A DNA stretch of 64,000 nt from Heterodontus francisci (taxonomy: Eukaryota): contig NC_090388.1 of the NCBI RefSeq assembly GCF_036365525.1, positions 43,731,159-43,795,158 on the forward strand. The letters run 5' to 3'. The translations under genes were made by a program, and so were the position numbers. The notes below the pieces were generated by a model. The model made no database searches, was not told the origin of the DNA, and was given only the letters and a program-made list of their open reading frames with translations. Of the stretch, positions 38,816-51,146 are shown one piece after another (the first letter of the stretch is position 1; every line of letters starts with the position of its first letter).

Positions 38816-39734
38816 AAAAGGCAACAACCAGCACATTCTGCTATTCTCCCATTTTACCATTTCAAGGCGTTCAAACAGCTCTGACTGTTCATGAAATATT
38901 GCCTTTAAGTCGCATATATCATCTGTTACAGCCTAGCTGCATAGTCATTAGTGTTTCTAAAAAATATATATATACTATTACTAAGAATGTTTTGCAAATG
39001 TTGCACCTCGTCTTTTTACTTTTTTTAATTCATTCACGGGAAGTGGGCGTCACTGGCTATGCCAGCATTTATTGGTAATTGGCATGACAATTGTGAAATG
39101 GAAGGGTTGTGAAGAAACTCATGATAGTATTGAAGGAAACTGATCTCCCTTGCAATGTTTGTATTTATTGGTGCTGTTTGAAAGTATATTTTGGAAATAA
39201 AATTTTTTTTATTGCCCATCCCTTATTGCCCTTGAGAGGGTGGTGGTGAGCTGCAATTAGGGATGGGCAATAAATGCTGGCATAGCCAGTGACGCCCACT
39301 TCCCATGAATGAATACAAAAAAAATTGAATTTATTTAACCAACCAATATTAACAAAGCTGATCAAATTATAAAACAATAAACACATTATTTTAAAGAGAA
39401 AATCTATGTTTATCTGTACTTCCCTAGAATAAATAACTCAACATGTCCCCATCCAAACAACAGCAATCCTGAGGTATATTATTGTAGTATAAGTTTGCTG
39501 CATTATGCTGAAACTGTGCAGTGTTCTGGTCAGATTACATCTTGAGTACTGCATTCGGTTCTGGTCACTGATGCTCAAAGGAAACATCTAAGAGCAAGGT
39601 CGTTCATTTCATAGAGCTGAATCAGGAGGAACATTTAGAAAAACTCACAATCTTTAGTAATGAAAGGAGGTGAATGAGAGGGGACCTTGTTGAGGCATAC
39701 AAGAAAGAGCATAGACCTTGTATTATATAGGGTT

Positions 39735-40070
39735 TATGACATCTCAAAGCACTTCACAATAAATGACTTAGTTTGAAGTGTAGTCACTGTTATGAAGGCA
39801 AACACAGCAGCCAAATTATACACAGCAAGGTCCCACAGATGATCAGTTTAGGTGGTGGTGCTTGAGGGATAAATATTGGCAAAATCAAGGGAGGGGAACA
39901 TCCCCGCTGTTCTTCAAGTAGTGCCACAGGATCATTTGCATCCACTGTAACAGGCAAACAGGGCCTTTGTTTAATGTCTCATCTGAAATATAGCACCTCC
40001 AACAATGTGGCACTCGCTTAGTACTGCATCAGCATCAGCCAAGAAAATGTGCTCAAGTCCTGGAGTTGAG
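39735..40070 (-). mobile_element. DeuSINE (SacSINE1/AmnSINE1-like) remnant
   Basis: Deu-domain-like tttaatgtctcatctgaaa...gcacctccaacaatg and tail aaagcacttcac...gaagtgtagtcactgt; family assignment from memory. Confidence 0.65.
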
Positions 40071-40944
40071 AAAAAAATCACCCCCTTTTACATACACACG
40101 AGAGAGAGTGAGAGGTGGGGTGGGGGGTGGGGGGGGGGGGTGTTTGGAGAGAATGGCATAGACTACAAAAACAGGCCATTGATCCCAAACAGTCTATGAC
40201 TTAAAGCAAGTCAACTGTTCAAGGTATTAAATGGAATAGAAATGGTTCATCAAAAATATTATTTCAGGGTGAAGCGCAACAATATTATGAGGGGATATAA
40301 GTGCAAACTAATAAAAGGCAAACGCAGACTGATGTCAAGAAGCACTTCATATAAAGAGTGATTAATCTCTGAATGTTGCTTCTGTATTGGGTAGTGGAGG
40401 CAAAATCTCTGAAATCATTCCAGAGGCAACCAGATGCTGTGATAGGAATGATGGCGATGCAACATAATCTTATCTTGGAGGATAAGTTAGATGAGATGAA
40501 TGCCCTCTTTCCTCTATAGTAGTAGTAGTGATCTACCCAAGGGCAGGTCCTTTGCTCATTTCTCCATGCCTCATGACCCTGCGCTTTCCTCTTCTGTTGC
40601 TCGTAAGACTTTCCCATTTTTTAACTTCCACAAGAAATGAGAAATATGACTAGGGAAAAGGTACATGAGGTGGTTTCCCATTGTCTTCCTCATGTGCTTT
40701 AAAGAAAACACATGCCCTCTTCTGAAGGATCCTCTGTCTGGCAGTAGCCATTGTCCCCCGAGGTTCTAGCTGTTCTGCCATCACCACCGAAAATTCGCTG
40801 GTTCTGCTGTTGGCCATGGCTCATAACCCTTACCTGGGCCTGGGGCGACTCACAAAAGGGCAGGGACGACCATCCCCTGAGGTCTAAAATGACCCTGTTA
40901 CCCTACTGTACGCATAAATACTCATTTTTATAAGTACAATACAA

Positions 40945-43930
40945 AGCAACTTGCAGTTAAAGCAGAAAAATGTTTCATGATTCTTCACAGAAGCCTAATT
41001 AGACAAAAATTGACACTGAGCCAGAGAAGGAGGTATGACTTGAAGCTTGGTCAAAGAGGTAGGGTTTAAAGATGGTCATGAAAGAGATGAGCAGGCAGAG
41101 AGATATTGTGAGAGAATTCCAGAGCTGAGGGCCTAAATGACTGATTGAACAGATGCCAATGGTGGGCTGAAGTCAGGGGGGATGTGAAAGGAAAGAGGCC
41201 AGAGTTGGAGGAATGCTGAGTCCTCAGAGGACTTGAGGAAATTGCAGAAATGGGAAGGAGCAAGGCCACAAATGATTTGAACATGAGCATTTGTACATTC
41301 GTATGAGCATGAGAATTTTAACTTGGAGGTGTAGGAGACCAGCAGTCAGTGCAAGTCAACAAACACAGGGGGGATGGCTGAGCAGGACTTGGCATGGGCT
41401 AGGATATGGGAAGAAAAGTTTTGGATGAGTTTCTACATTTAGAGTGGCTAGAGGATGGGATGCTGACCAGAAAATTATTGGAATAATGAAGTGTGGAAGT
41501 AGCAAAGACACAGATGAGGTCTTCAGCAGCAAATAGGCTGAGGCAGGGCTGCAGAAGAGCAATATTACGTTGATGGAAATAGGCAGTCTTTGTGATGGAG
41601 AGGATATGCGATTGAGAAGTCAGCTTGGGATCAATTAGGATGTCATGTTGGTGAACAGTTGACTTCAACCTGAAGCAGTGACCAGGGAAGGGGATGAAAT
41701 TGGTGGCAAGGTTATGGAGTTTATGAACATAAGAAATAGGAGCAGGAGCCAGGTCTCCCATTTAATAAGATCATGGTTGATTCTCGACCTCAACTTCCAC
41801 TTTCCCAATTCCTATCTCCCTTGATTCCCTTGGAATCCAAAAATCGATTGATCTCAAGACTGAGCATCCATAGCCCTCTGGTGTCGAGAATTCTAAATAC
41901 TCACAATCCTCTGAGTGAAGATATTTTTCCTCATTTCAATCCAAAATAGTTGTCCTCTCATCCTTAAACTATGCCCTGGACTCTCCAGCTGGGTAAAACA
42001 GCTTGTCAGCATCTACCCTTTCAAGCCCTCTCAGAATCTTACATGTTTCAATTATATCACCTCTCATTCTTCTAAACTCTAGAGAGTATAGGCACATTCT
42101 ACTCAATCTCTCCTCATGGGACAACCTTCTCAGTCCAGGAATCAACTTAGTGAACTTTTTTTGCACCCGCTCTAAAGCAAGGATATCCTTCCGTTGGTAT
42201 GGAGACCAAAATTATACACAGTACTCCACAGTGTGGTCTCACCAAAGCTCTGTACAATTGCATCAAGATTTCCTTGCCCTTGTATTCCAATCCTCTTATG
42301 ATAAAGGCTAACATACCATTTGCCTTCCGAATTGCTTGCTGTACCAACATGTTAACTTTCTGTGTTTCTTGTACAAGGACACACAAATCCCTCTGAACAC
42401 CAACATTTAATAGTTTATAATCTTTTAGAAAATATTCAACTTTTCTATTCTTCCTACCAAAGTGAATAACCTCACATTTCCCCACATTATAATCCATCTG
42501 CCACCTTCTTCTCACTCGTTTAACCTATTTATATCCCCTTTCAGACTCTTTGTGGCCTTTCCCACCTTGCATGTATCAACAGCAAACTTGGATACATTAC
42601 ACTCGGTCAGTTCACGTAAGTCATTCATATAGATCATAAATAGCTGAGGTACATCATCGCCTCCAATGTGCCAGATCAGCCTTCGGCCAACTAAGGAAGA
42701 GAGTATTTGAGAATCAGGATCTCAAACCCGAGATTAAGGTCATGGTTTACCAGGCAGCAGTGATCCCCACACTCCTTTATGCTTCGGAGACTTGGACAAC
42801 CTACAGCAGGTACTTCAAAGCACTGGAGAAGTACCACCAGAGGTACCTCTGCAAGATCCTCCAAATTTGGTGGCAAGATAGGTGGGCCAACAGCAGCATC
42901 CTCTCCTAAGCCAACCTGTCCAGCATCAGGGCGCTAATCACCCAAAAACCAGCTCCGCTGGGCAGGACATGTCATTCGCATGCCTGACACCAGACTCCTG
43001 AAGCAGTTGTTCTACTCAGAACTTGATTGCAGCAGGAGACTCCCAGGAGGACAGCAGAAATGCTTTAGTGACATCCATAAAGCAGCACTGAAGAGATCAA
43101 ACATCCCCTGGCTCCTGCGTCCTAGATGAGGAAAGCACATTCGGGAAGGCATTGCACACCTCAGGGGACTCCATTGGGAGCATGTGGAGGCAAAGCCGAG
43201 GCATTGGAGGGAGTGCACAAACCTCCAAAATACTCATCTACCTGACCATTCAAGCACCACCCGTCCCTCATGTGGCATAGTCTGCAGATTACACATTGGA
43301 CTTATCAGCCATCTCAGACCCCATCGTATTGGATTGGAAGCAAGTTATCCTTGATCCTAAGGGACGACCTAAGAAGAAATAGCTGAGGCTCCAGCACTGA
43401 TCCCTGCGGCACACCACGAGTAAAAGTATGCCAACTCAAAAACAATCCATTTATTCCTACTCTCTGTTTTCTGTCCTTTTTAATCAATCCTGTATCCATG
43501 CTATTTATTTTCCCCAACCCCATGAACCCTTAACTTGTGCAACAACATTTTTGTGCCACCTTATCAAAGGCCTTTTGAACATCCAAATATACTACACCCA
43601 CTGGTTTCTCCTTTATCCACATTGCTGGTGGAGACCAAAGATGATAGCTTTAGTCTTTCCAATTGTTAACCAGAAGAAATTGCAGCTCATCCAGCACTGA
43701 TGTCAGACAACACAGAGAAAGTCAAGAGAGGTGGTTGAAAAGTAAAACTGAGTGCCATCAGTTTACTATAGGAGCTGACCCCATGTCTTCAGGTGATGTC
43801 ACAATGGGGCAGGATGTATGAGGAAGAGGTTGGGAGTCAAGCATAGATCCTTGGGGGTCTCCAGAAGTAAAGCTGCTTGAGGGTAGGGAAAAAAGCAATT
43901 GGCTGTAGATGCTCTGGCTATGATTGGATA
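40945..43930. mobile_element. Nested LINE stack: L2(-) interrupted by CR1(-) 41727-43620, itself interrupted by RTE(+) 42650-43376
   Basis: CR1 peptides (ORFs 42147-42515 and 43314-43523); RTE flanked by 12-bp TSD aaatagctgagg (42638-42649, 43377-43388); L2 sequence resumes near 43630. Confidence 0.8.
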
Positions 43931-44445
43931 TGAAATAAATGCAAAAAAAAGATTGTAAAAAATGTAAAAAGAATGTAAAAACATGGAAGAAAAAATAACT
44001 AAAACTGAAAAATGAAAAATGAAAAATTTTTAGTTATTTTTTCTTCCTTGTTTTTACATTCTTTTTTACATTTTTGCAATCTTTTTTTTGCATTTATTTC
44101 ATTTCATCTTAGTTTGTTCAGTTTGCTTACCCACTGTTTTTTTTTCAGGTTTGCACTTGCTGCTGTTCAATATTCAGTGTATTTACACCTAATCTGTACT
44201 AATGCTTTGTCTTTCAACACACCATTAACATATTGTTTGCCTTTGCTCCGTGACCTTTTGGTCAGCTATGTGGCCTGGTCCAATCTACACCTTCTCCTTT
44301 GTTATCTCTTGCCCCACCCCCACCTCACTATAATCTGTGACTTTTCTAATATTTGTCAGTTCCGAAGAAGGGTTAACTCTGCTTCTCTTTCCACAGATGC
44401 TGCCAGACCTGCTGAGTGATTCCAGCATTTCTTGTTTTTATTATT
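43930..44445 (+). mobile_element. Penelope-derived repeat with 5' inversion
   Basis: Inverted arms 43930-44004 and 44027-44102; body homologous to 33500-33960. Confidence 0.7.
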
Positions 44446-44656
44446 GAAGCTTATATGTCTTGTGGGTCAATCTATGCAGCATGTTCAATCTCTGTGTGGT
44501 CATGCGGTGCCACTCTTAGTGGGTGCTAAGCCGGGCAATGTTATGCCATACCACACAGCTGCTGCATGAAAGCACCTGATGTTCCACTCAACATCAATCT
44601 TTGCCCTGTCAGGAACCTTCGAAGCATTGAAGGAACCAAGTTGAATTGCAACGAAG

Positions 44657-45822
44657 ATGGGGATGGTTCACCCTGTATTCATTGATCCGCTTCTTGAGAG
44701 GATCCATATGCACCGCAGGCAAAACCAACAGGCAGATGCAGCACACATAGAGGCCCCCGGTCATGAGCAGCAGCACCCAAGGAGAGCTCACCACTGCAGA
44801 TCTACAGGTCCCACATGACATACCTGCAGATATCAGAGCGTCAGTGTCAGAGGTGACTGCAGATGTCGAGAGAGGCAGTGACACATCCCTGCGCCCTGCT
44901 TCTTGATGACATGCAGCCCAGGGGCTTCGGGGGACATCCTATGCCTGTGGCCCTCAAAGTGACAGCAGCTCTCAATTTTTACACCTCTGCATCATTTCAG
45001 GGGCCCACTGGAGACCTTTATGGTGTCACACAGTCAGCAGTGCACCGCTGCATCAGGGAGGCTACCGATGCCGTGTTCCGGAGGGCTGGTGACTATATCC
45101 GCTTCACGACTGACCTTGGAAGCCAAGCGAGACGGCCGCCAGTTCTGCTCCATCGCAGGATTCCCACAGATGCAAAGGGTCATAGACCCTTGTTGTTGTT
45201 GGCGACCAGCTGAATACGTAAACCATAAGGGCTCCCACTCAAACAATGTGCAGCTCGTATGTGATCACCAGAAGCGATTCATGCAAATCTGTGCCCGCTT
45301 TCCAGGCAGCTGCCATGACACCTTCATCCTGTGCCAGTCGTAGTTGCTGTTGCTGTTCATTGAAATGGTTCGGATGGAGGGGTAGCTTCTTGGAGACAAG
45401 GGCTACCCCTTGCAGACATGACTGCTGACACTGGTGAGACACTCCAGCACTGCTGCAGAAGAACGATACAACACCAGCTAAGGAGCTACAAGAGCCACCA
45501 TTGAGCAGGCGATCGGTCTGCTTAAAATACGATTCCACTGCCTGGATAGATCAGGTGTTGCCCTGCAGTACAGGCTAGAAAGGGTAGCTCGCATCATTGC
45601 AGTTTGCTGTGCTGTGCACAACTACACAGTCAATAGCGGGGAGGCCTTGCAGGATGAGGAGAGACATGAGCCGGACTCATCTTCGGATGATGATGATGCT
45701 GAGGTCTTACAGCAGGGAAGGCACATGGGAGGACAGAGAACATCCAGGCACTGCATGCAGGGTGAGCAGCGAGCTAAGGATGCACAGCAGCACCTCATTG
45801 CTCAAAGGTTCTGCACGCCATA
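44657..45822 (+). pseudogene. PIF/Harbinger DDE transposase remnant
   Basis: PVALKVTAALNFY, AGFP...ID, NHKGSHSNNVQLVCD, ARFPGSCHD, LGDKGYP and IEQAIGLLKIRF...CAVHN across frameshifts and stops. Confidence 0.9.
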
Positions 45823-46329
45823 GGAACCATCATAGGCTCTGCACACCACACAGCACCCTCATTCATGTGTTGTGCAGCATTCCGCATCTGCAACATCTTT
45901 GCGTACACCATTACTCGCAGCAGAATACTGAGCCATTGTCCACATTACTGCATCCGTGGAGATGCACATGAGTGATACTGGCATGTCAATGATGTTATTC
46001 CATACATTGGCAATTCTGGAAGGCCAATGCTGTAATGGGAGGAGCCACAATCAGTACATGCTGGCACACTTCATTCACATAGTAAATGCGTTGCAATTTT
46101 AGCGAAGACGACTTTGTTCCCGGCCTTTCTAGGGTGTTGTGTCACCCATGCAGACACATCTGTGTCAGGATGCTTGTTGGAAATGCTTGCAGATTCTCCT
46201 ACGCGATGTCACTTCTGCTCTAGCAGCCTGACTGTAGGCAGGCTGCTGCTATGATAGCCCTTTGGGTATGGATGACTTTGGCGGTCGTACCCTGTGTGCA
46301 TGAAGCCGAGAAGGCACCGGCGGGCTGGG

Positions 46330-46550
46330 AGAGTAATCGTTCATCCCCTTCTGGCATTGGACCCTTTGATGCCGGATAGCCCCACGGCTACTCACCTTGT
46401 CTGCCACCTGCTTGTTCAGGCGGGAGAGCCTCTTCTTACCATCGCTGGTGAAAAGGACCTCCCACTTTGCCCACACAGCCTGGAGGAGAGTGAGCAGGGA
46501 GGCTTCACTACACTGTGCGGCCACTCTAGAGCACCCCTCTGCTAGCCTCG
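46330..46550 (-). pseudogene. Harbinger Myb/SANT-like DNA-binding partner remnant
   Basis: SEASLLTLLQAV...EVLF...QVADKVS...QCQKGMND trihelix-like pattern, convergent with the transposase. Confidence 0.7.
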
Positions 46551-46775
46551 GCTTTTGGTCTGGTCCTTTAAATGCAAAGGTGACTCCACCATGAAACAGC
46601 TCGAAGTTCTGGCTGTAAGGTTTGTCTTGCACATGTTTGAAAACCAATGCAGCACTGGTGAGGTAGCCGGGGGTGGGGCGGGGGAGCAAATCTGTGTTGC
46701 TGTCATGGGTTTTTCAACAATTACACATCGACACATGTTCATGAACATTTTGTTTCTGCAGCAGCTGATCATATT

Positions 46776-49700
46776 TCTTCTTCTTCTTTGGCCTCCTTGT
46801 CTCGGGTGACAGTGGGTAAGCGCCTGGAGGTGGTCAGTGGTTTGTGAAGCAGCGCCTGGAGTGGCTATAAAAGCCAAATCTAGAGTGACAGATTCTTCCA
46901 CAGGTGCTGAAGATAAAATTGGTTGTCGGGGCTGTTACACATTTGGCTCTCCCCTTGCGCTTCTGTCCTTTTTACTGCCAACAGCTAAGTCTCTTCGACT
47001 CGCCACTCTTTAGCCCCGCCTTTATAGCTGTCCGCCAGCTCTGGCGATCACTGGCAACTGACTCCCATGACTTGTGGTCAATGTCACAGGACTTCATGTC
47101 GCATTTGCAGACGTCTTTAAAACGGAGATATGGATGGCCGGTGGGTCTGATACCAGTGACGAGCTCGCTGTATAATGTGTCCTTGGGGATCCTGCCATCT
47201 TCCATACGGCTCACATGGCCAAGCCATCTCAAGTGCCGCTGGCTCAGTAGTGTGTATAAGCTGGGGATGTTGGCCGCCTCGAGGACTTCTGTGTTGGAGA
47301 TACGGTCCTGCCACCTGATGCCAAGCATTCTCCGGAGGCAGCGACGATGGAATGAATTGAGACGTCCCTCTTGGCTGACATACGTTGTCCAGGCCTCGCT
47401 GCCTTAGAGCAAGGTACTGAGGACACAGGCTTGATACACTCGGACTTTTGTGTTCCGTGTCAGTGCGCCATTTTCCCACACTCTCTTGGCCAGTCTGGGC
47501 ATAGCAGCGGATGCCGTTCCCATGCGCTTGTTGATTTCTGCATCGAGAGACAGTTTACTGGTGATAGTTGAGCCTAGGTAGGTGAACTCTTGAACCACTT
47601 CCAGAGCATGACGGCTGATATTGATGGATGGAGCATTTCTGATGCCCTGTCCAATGATGTTCATTTTCTTGAGGCTGATGGTTAGGCCAAATTCATTGCA
47701 GGCAGCCATAATCCTGTCAATGAGTCTCTGTAGAGACTCTTCTGTGTGGGATGTTAATGCAGCATCATCAGCAAAGAGGAGTGACCTGATGAGGACCTTC
47801 CATACTTTGGTCTTCGCTCTTAGACGGGCAAGGTTGAACAACCTGCCATCTGATCTTGTGTGGAGGAAAATTCCTTCCTCTGAAGCCTTGAACGCATGTG
47901 AGAGCAGCAGGGAGAAGAAGATCCCAAACAGTGTAGGTGCGAGAACACAGCCCTGATTCACACCACTCAGGATAGGAAAGGGGTCTGATGAGGCACCACT
48001 ATACTGAATTGTGCCTTTCATATTGTCATGGAATGAGGTGATAATACTTAGTAGCTTTGGTGGACATCCGATCTTTGCTAGTAGTCTGAAGAAACCACGT
48101 CTGCTGATGAGGTCAAAGGCTTTGGTGAGATCTATGAAAGCAACGTAGAGGGGCATCTGTTGTTCAGGGCATTTCTCCTGTAGCTGGCGAAGGGAGAATA
48201 ACATGTCAATGGTTGATCTCTCTGCTCGGAAGCCACACTGTGCTTCAGGGTAGACACGCTCAGCCAGCTTCTGGAGTCAGTTTGAAATGACTCGAGCGAA
48301 GACTTTCCCCACTATGCTGAGCGGGGAGATTCCACGGTAGTTGTTGCAGTCACCCTTGTTCTTATAGAGGGTGATGATATTGGCATCACGCATGTCCTGT
48401 GTTACTGCTCCCTCATCCCAGCACAGGCAAAGCAGTTCATGGAGTGCTGAGAGTATAGCAGGCTTGGCACTCTTGATTATTTCAGGGTAATGCCGTCCTT
48501 CCCAGGAGCGTTTCCACTGGCTAGAGAATCAATGGCATCACTGAGTTCCGGTTTTGTTAGCTCTTCGTCCAGCTCATCCATGACTGGCAGAGACTGGACT
48601 GCATTGAGGGTGGTATCAGTAATAACATTTTCCCTGGAGTACAGTTCTAGGTAATGCTCCACCCAACGGTCCATTTGCTTGCATTGGTCAGTGATCGTGT
48701 CCCCTGATTTAGACTTTAGGGGGGCGATCTTCTTGATGGTTGGCCCAAAAGCTCTCTTAATGCCATCATACATAACTCCGATGTTTCCAGTGTCGGAGGC
48801 CAGCTGAATACGACTGCATAGGTGTTGCCAGTAGTCATTTGCACAGCGCCTGGCTGTTCTTTGTGCAGCGCTTCTGGCTGCTGTAAGTGCTACGGATGTT
48901 AACACGCTGGGGGCTTTCTTGTAGTTCAATAGTGCAATGCGCTTAGTGGCTGTAACAGGTTCCAGCTCTTCAAAGTGAGATTGAAACCAGTCTGCATTCT
49001 GCTTCTCGCATTTGCCATAGGTGGTCATTGCTGAGTCATAGATGACGTCTCTGATGTGGACCCATTTGGTTCTGCATCCCCTGTAGGAGCATTTTGAAGG
49101 TTTTTTACAAGCGAATTTAGAAACTTATGTAACAGCTGTGGATCAGAAATTCTGTTAGTTTTGATGCGCGGGCGGCCCTTCTGCTTGGAGTGATGTAGCT
49201 TCTTTGGTTTGAGTCTAACTTTGCTGCACACCAGGGAGTGGTCGGTGTCGCAGTTCGCACTGTGGAAGCTGCGTGTGATTTAGACACTGTTTATAGAGGC
49301 TCGCCTTGTGATGAGGTCCAGCTGGTGCCAACGACGTGATCTTGAGTGCCTCCATGAAACCTGGTGACAGGGTTTAGTATGAAAGAATGAGTTGGTGATG
49401 CAGAGGTCGTGATAGGTACACAACTCCAGCAGTCTCTGTCCATTCTCATTCATCCTTCCAATGCCATAGCGCCCAAGGCAGGAGGGCCATGAGTCATGGT
49501 CGGCCCCAACCCTGGCATTAAAGTCCCCCAGCAGGAGCAAATGTTTGGTATTGGGAATGCTACTAATAATATTATGGAGTTCTTCATAACTTTAACTTCA
49601 GGTGGGGAGCAGAGTGTTGGAGCATAGATGCTGAGTAGGTGTACTGGACCAGCAGTCGGATGGACAGTATGCGTTCTGAGCCATTTGAAGGTGTCTCTAT

Positions 49701-50530
49701 CATGCTGAGCAAAGAGTTTCTGATGGCAAAGCCCACTCCATGCTGTCTTGGTTCTTCAGGATCCTTACCCTGCCAGAAGGAGGTGTAGTCTTGCTCTCTT
49801 AGAGATCCGCTTGCAGGGAGGCGTGACTCCTGGAGTGCTGCAATGTCCACATTGAGTCTGCTGAGCTCGATGTTAATGATGGCAGTATTCCGAGAATCAT
49901 TGATTTGTGTAGCGTCTTTCGACAGACCAGGACACATAGTTCTGAAGTTCCAGCTTGCAAAACAAAGGGCTGGGACCTTCTTTCCTTTTTTGCCTCGCTG
50001 TTTGGTGTGGTGTTACAGTCCATTTGTCGGGCAATGACCCTGAGCTCCAAGCACCCATTGATGCAGGTGGACTGTGGCGGGACAGAATCTTACTGACTGG
50101 GGGCTGCCCGGTTTGAGGCAGGCAGTAGCTGTCCAGTGAGATGCGATGACCTCTCCCACCGACAAAGGCAACCTGTGGCGCCCAATCTCTATGCCAATTG
50201 AGCTGGACTTATAACCCATAACTGCTGCCTTCCATGTTGTTTTGGGTGCTGTGAGGTGCCTATGGAGTGACCTCTCCATGGTGCATGCCTGGGCGGATGT
50301 ATGGAGGTTGTGAGTTACCCAAGCGTCAAAACCCACCTCTTGGCCTTCCTAATGGAGTCCAAAGGAGTGCAGAGCATGATGTTTGGCACCGGTATGGCTG
50401 CAGGAACTGCCAGAAACATGCCAAAGGTGACATATGACCACCTTCGGGGTTCCACTCTGGATTTTTTGTTAGGGTTTACACTCTTAGCCTTGGTCTTTCC
50501 CGAGACGCCCACAAGGCAGTGGGGTTGTTA
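46776..50530 (-). mobile_element. Near full-length RTE-clade LINE (APE endonuclease plus RT), inactivated
   Basis: DIAALQE, GVGFAI and LLGDFNARVG (APE); FIDLTKAFD, QGCVLAP and LFADD (RT); (GAA)n tail at 46776-46788; frameshifts. Confidence 0.93.
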
Positions 50531-50579
50531 GGTCCTATCCCTGGGCAGGGGCCCGAGCAAGTAAGCTGTGTGATTTCAT

Positions 50580-50845
50580 GGAGGGAGAGGGAAGGGGGGA
50601 CGGGGTGCAGGGGGAAGGGGGTGTGGGGAATGCTGGGGGGAGTTGTGGGGGAAGGGGTGCAAGGGCGGAGGGGTGCAGGGGGAAGGGGGTGCGAGGAGAA
50701 GCTGGGAAAGGGGTGCAGGGGAGGGGAGGGGGTGCGAGGGGGAAGGGGGTGCAGGGGAGGGGGAAGGGAGTGCGAGGGAGAAGGGGGTGCAGGGGAGGGG
50801 GAAGGGGGTGCAAGGGAGGAGGGGGTGGGGGAAGGGGGGAGGTGT
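50580..50845 (+). repeat. G-rich imperfect tandem array (unit about ggggtgcagggggagggggaag)
   Basis: Direct reading; many G4-G6 runs. Confidence 0.85.
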
Positions 50846-51058
50846 CCGGCGGGGGTCATGACTCTGGCGAGCAGGCCAGCCCACAGTCTGCATGGCCTCC
50901 TTGATGTCGGTGTCCTCCAGACTGACGCTGCACTCGTGGTCGTCATCCAGCTCATGGTGGAACTCCTTACCTGGCTCCCAGCTGTGACGGCAGAAGGGTG
51001 ACCGAGGCCGTATTGAGGCCCTGCACCTCGACGACTGCCTCATGGGTACTAGGGCCAC

Positions 51059-51146
51059 CTTTCACCTCCCTGGCCAGCGCCTTCCAGGTGGACGTGTAGT
51101 GGACACAGTGGCCACACCAGGATGAGTAGAACTCCACAACCCAGGC
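51059..51146 (-). pseudogene. Isolated QSOX-family thioredoxin active-site fragment
   Basis: [29 protein letters not shown] matches the QSOX1/2 WCGHC region; no flanking QSOX sequence. Confidence 0.8.

Noticed and set aside
50476-51058. Pro-rich and Gly-rich ORFs on both strands
   Set aside because: By-products of the G-rich tandem array.
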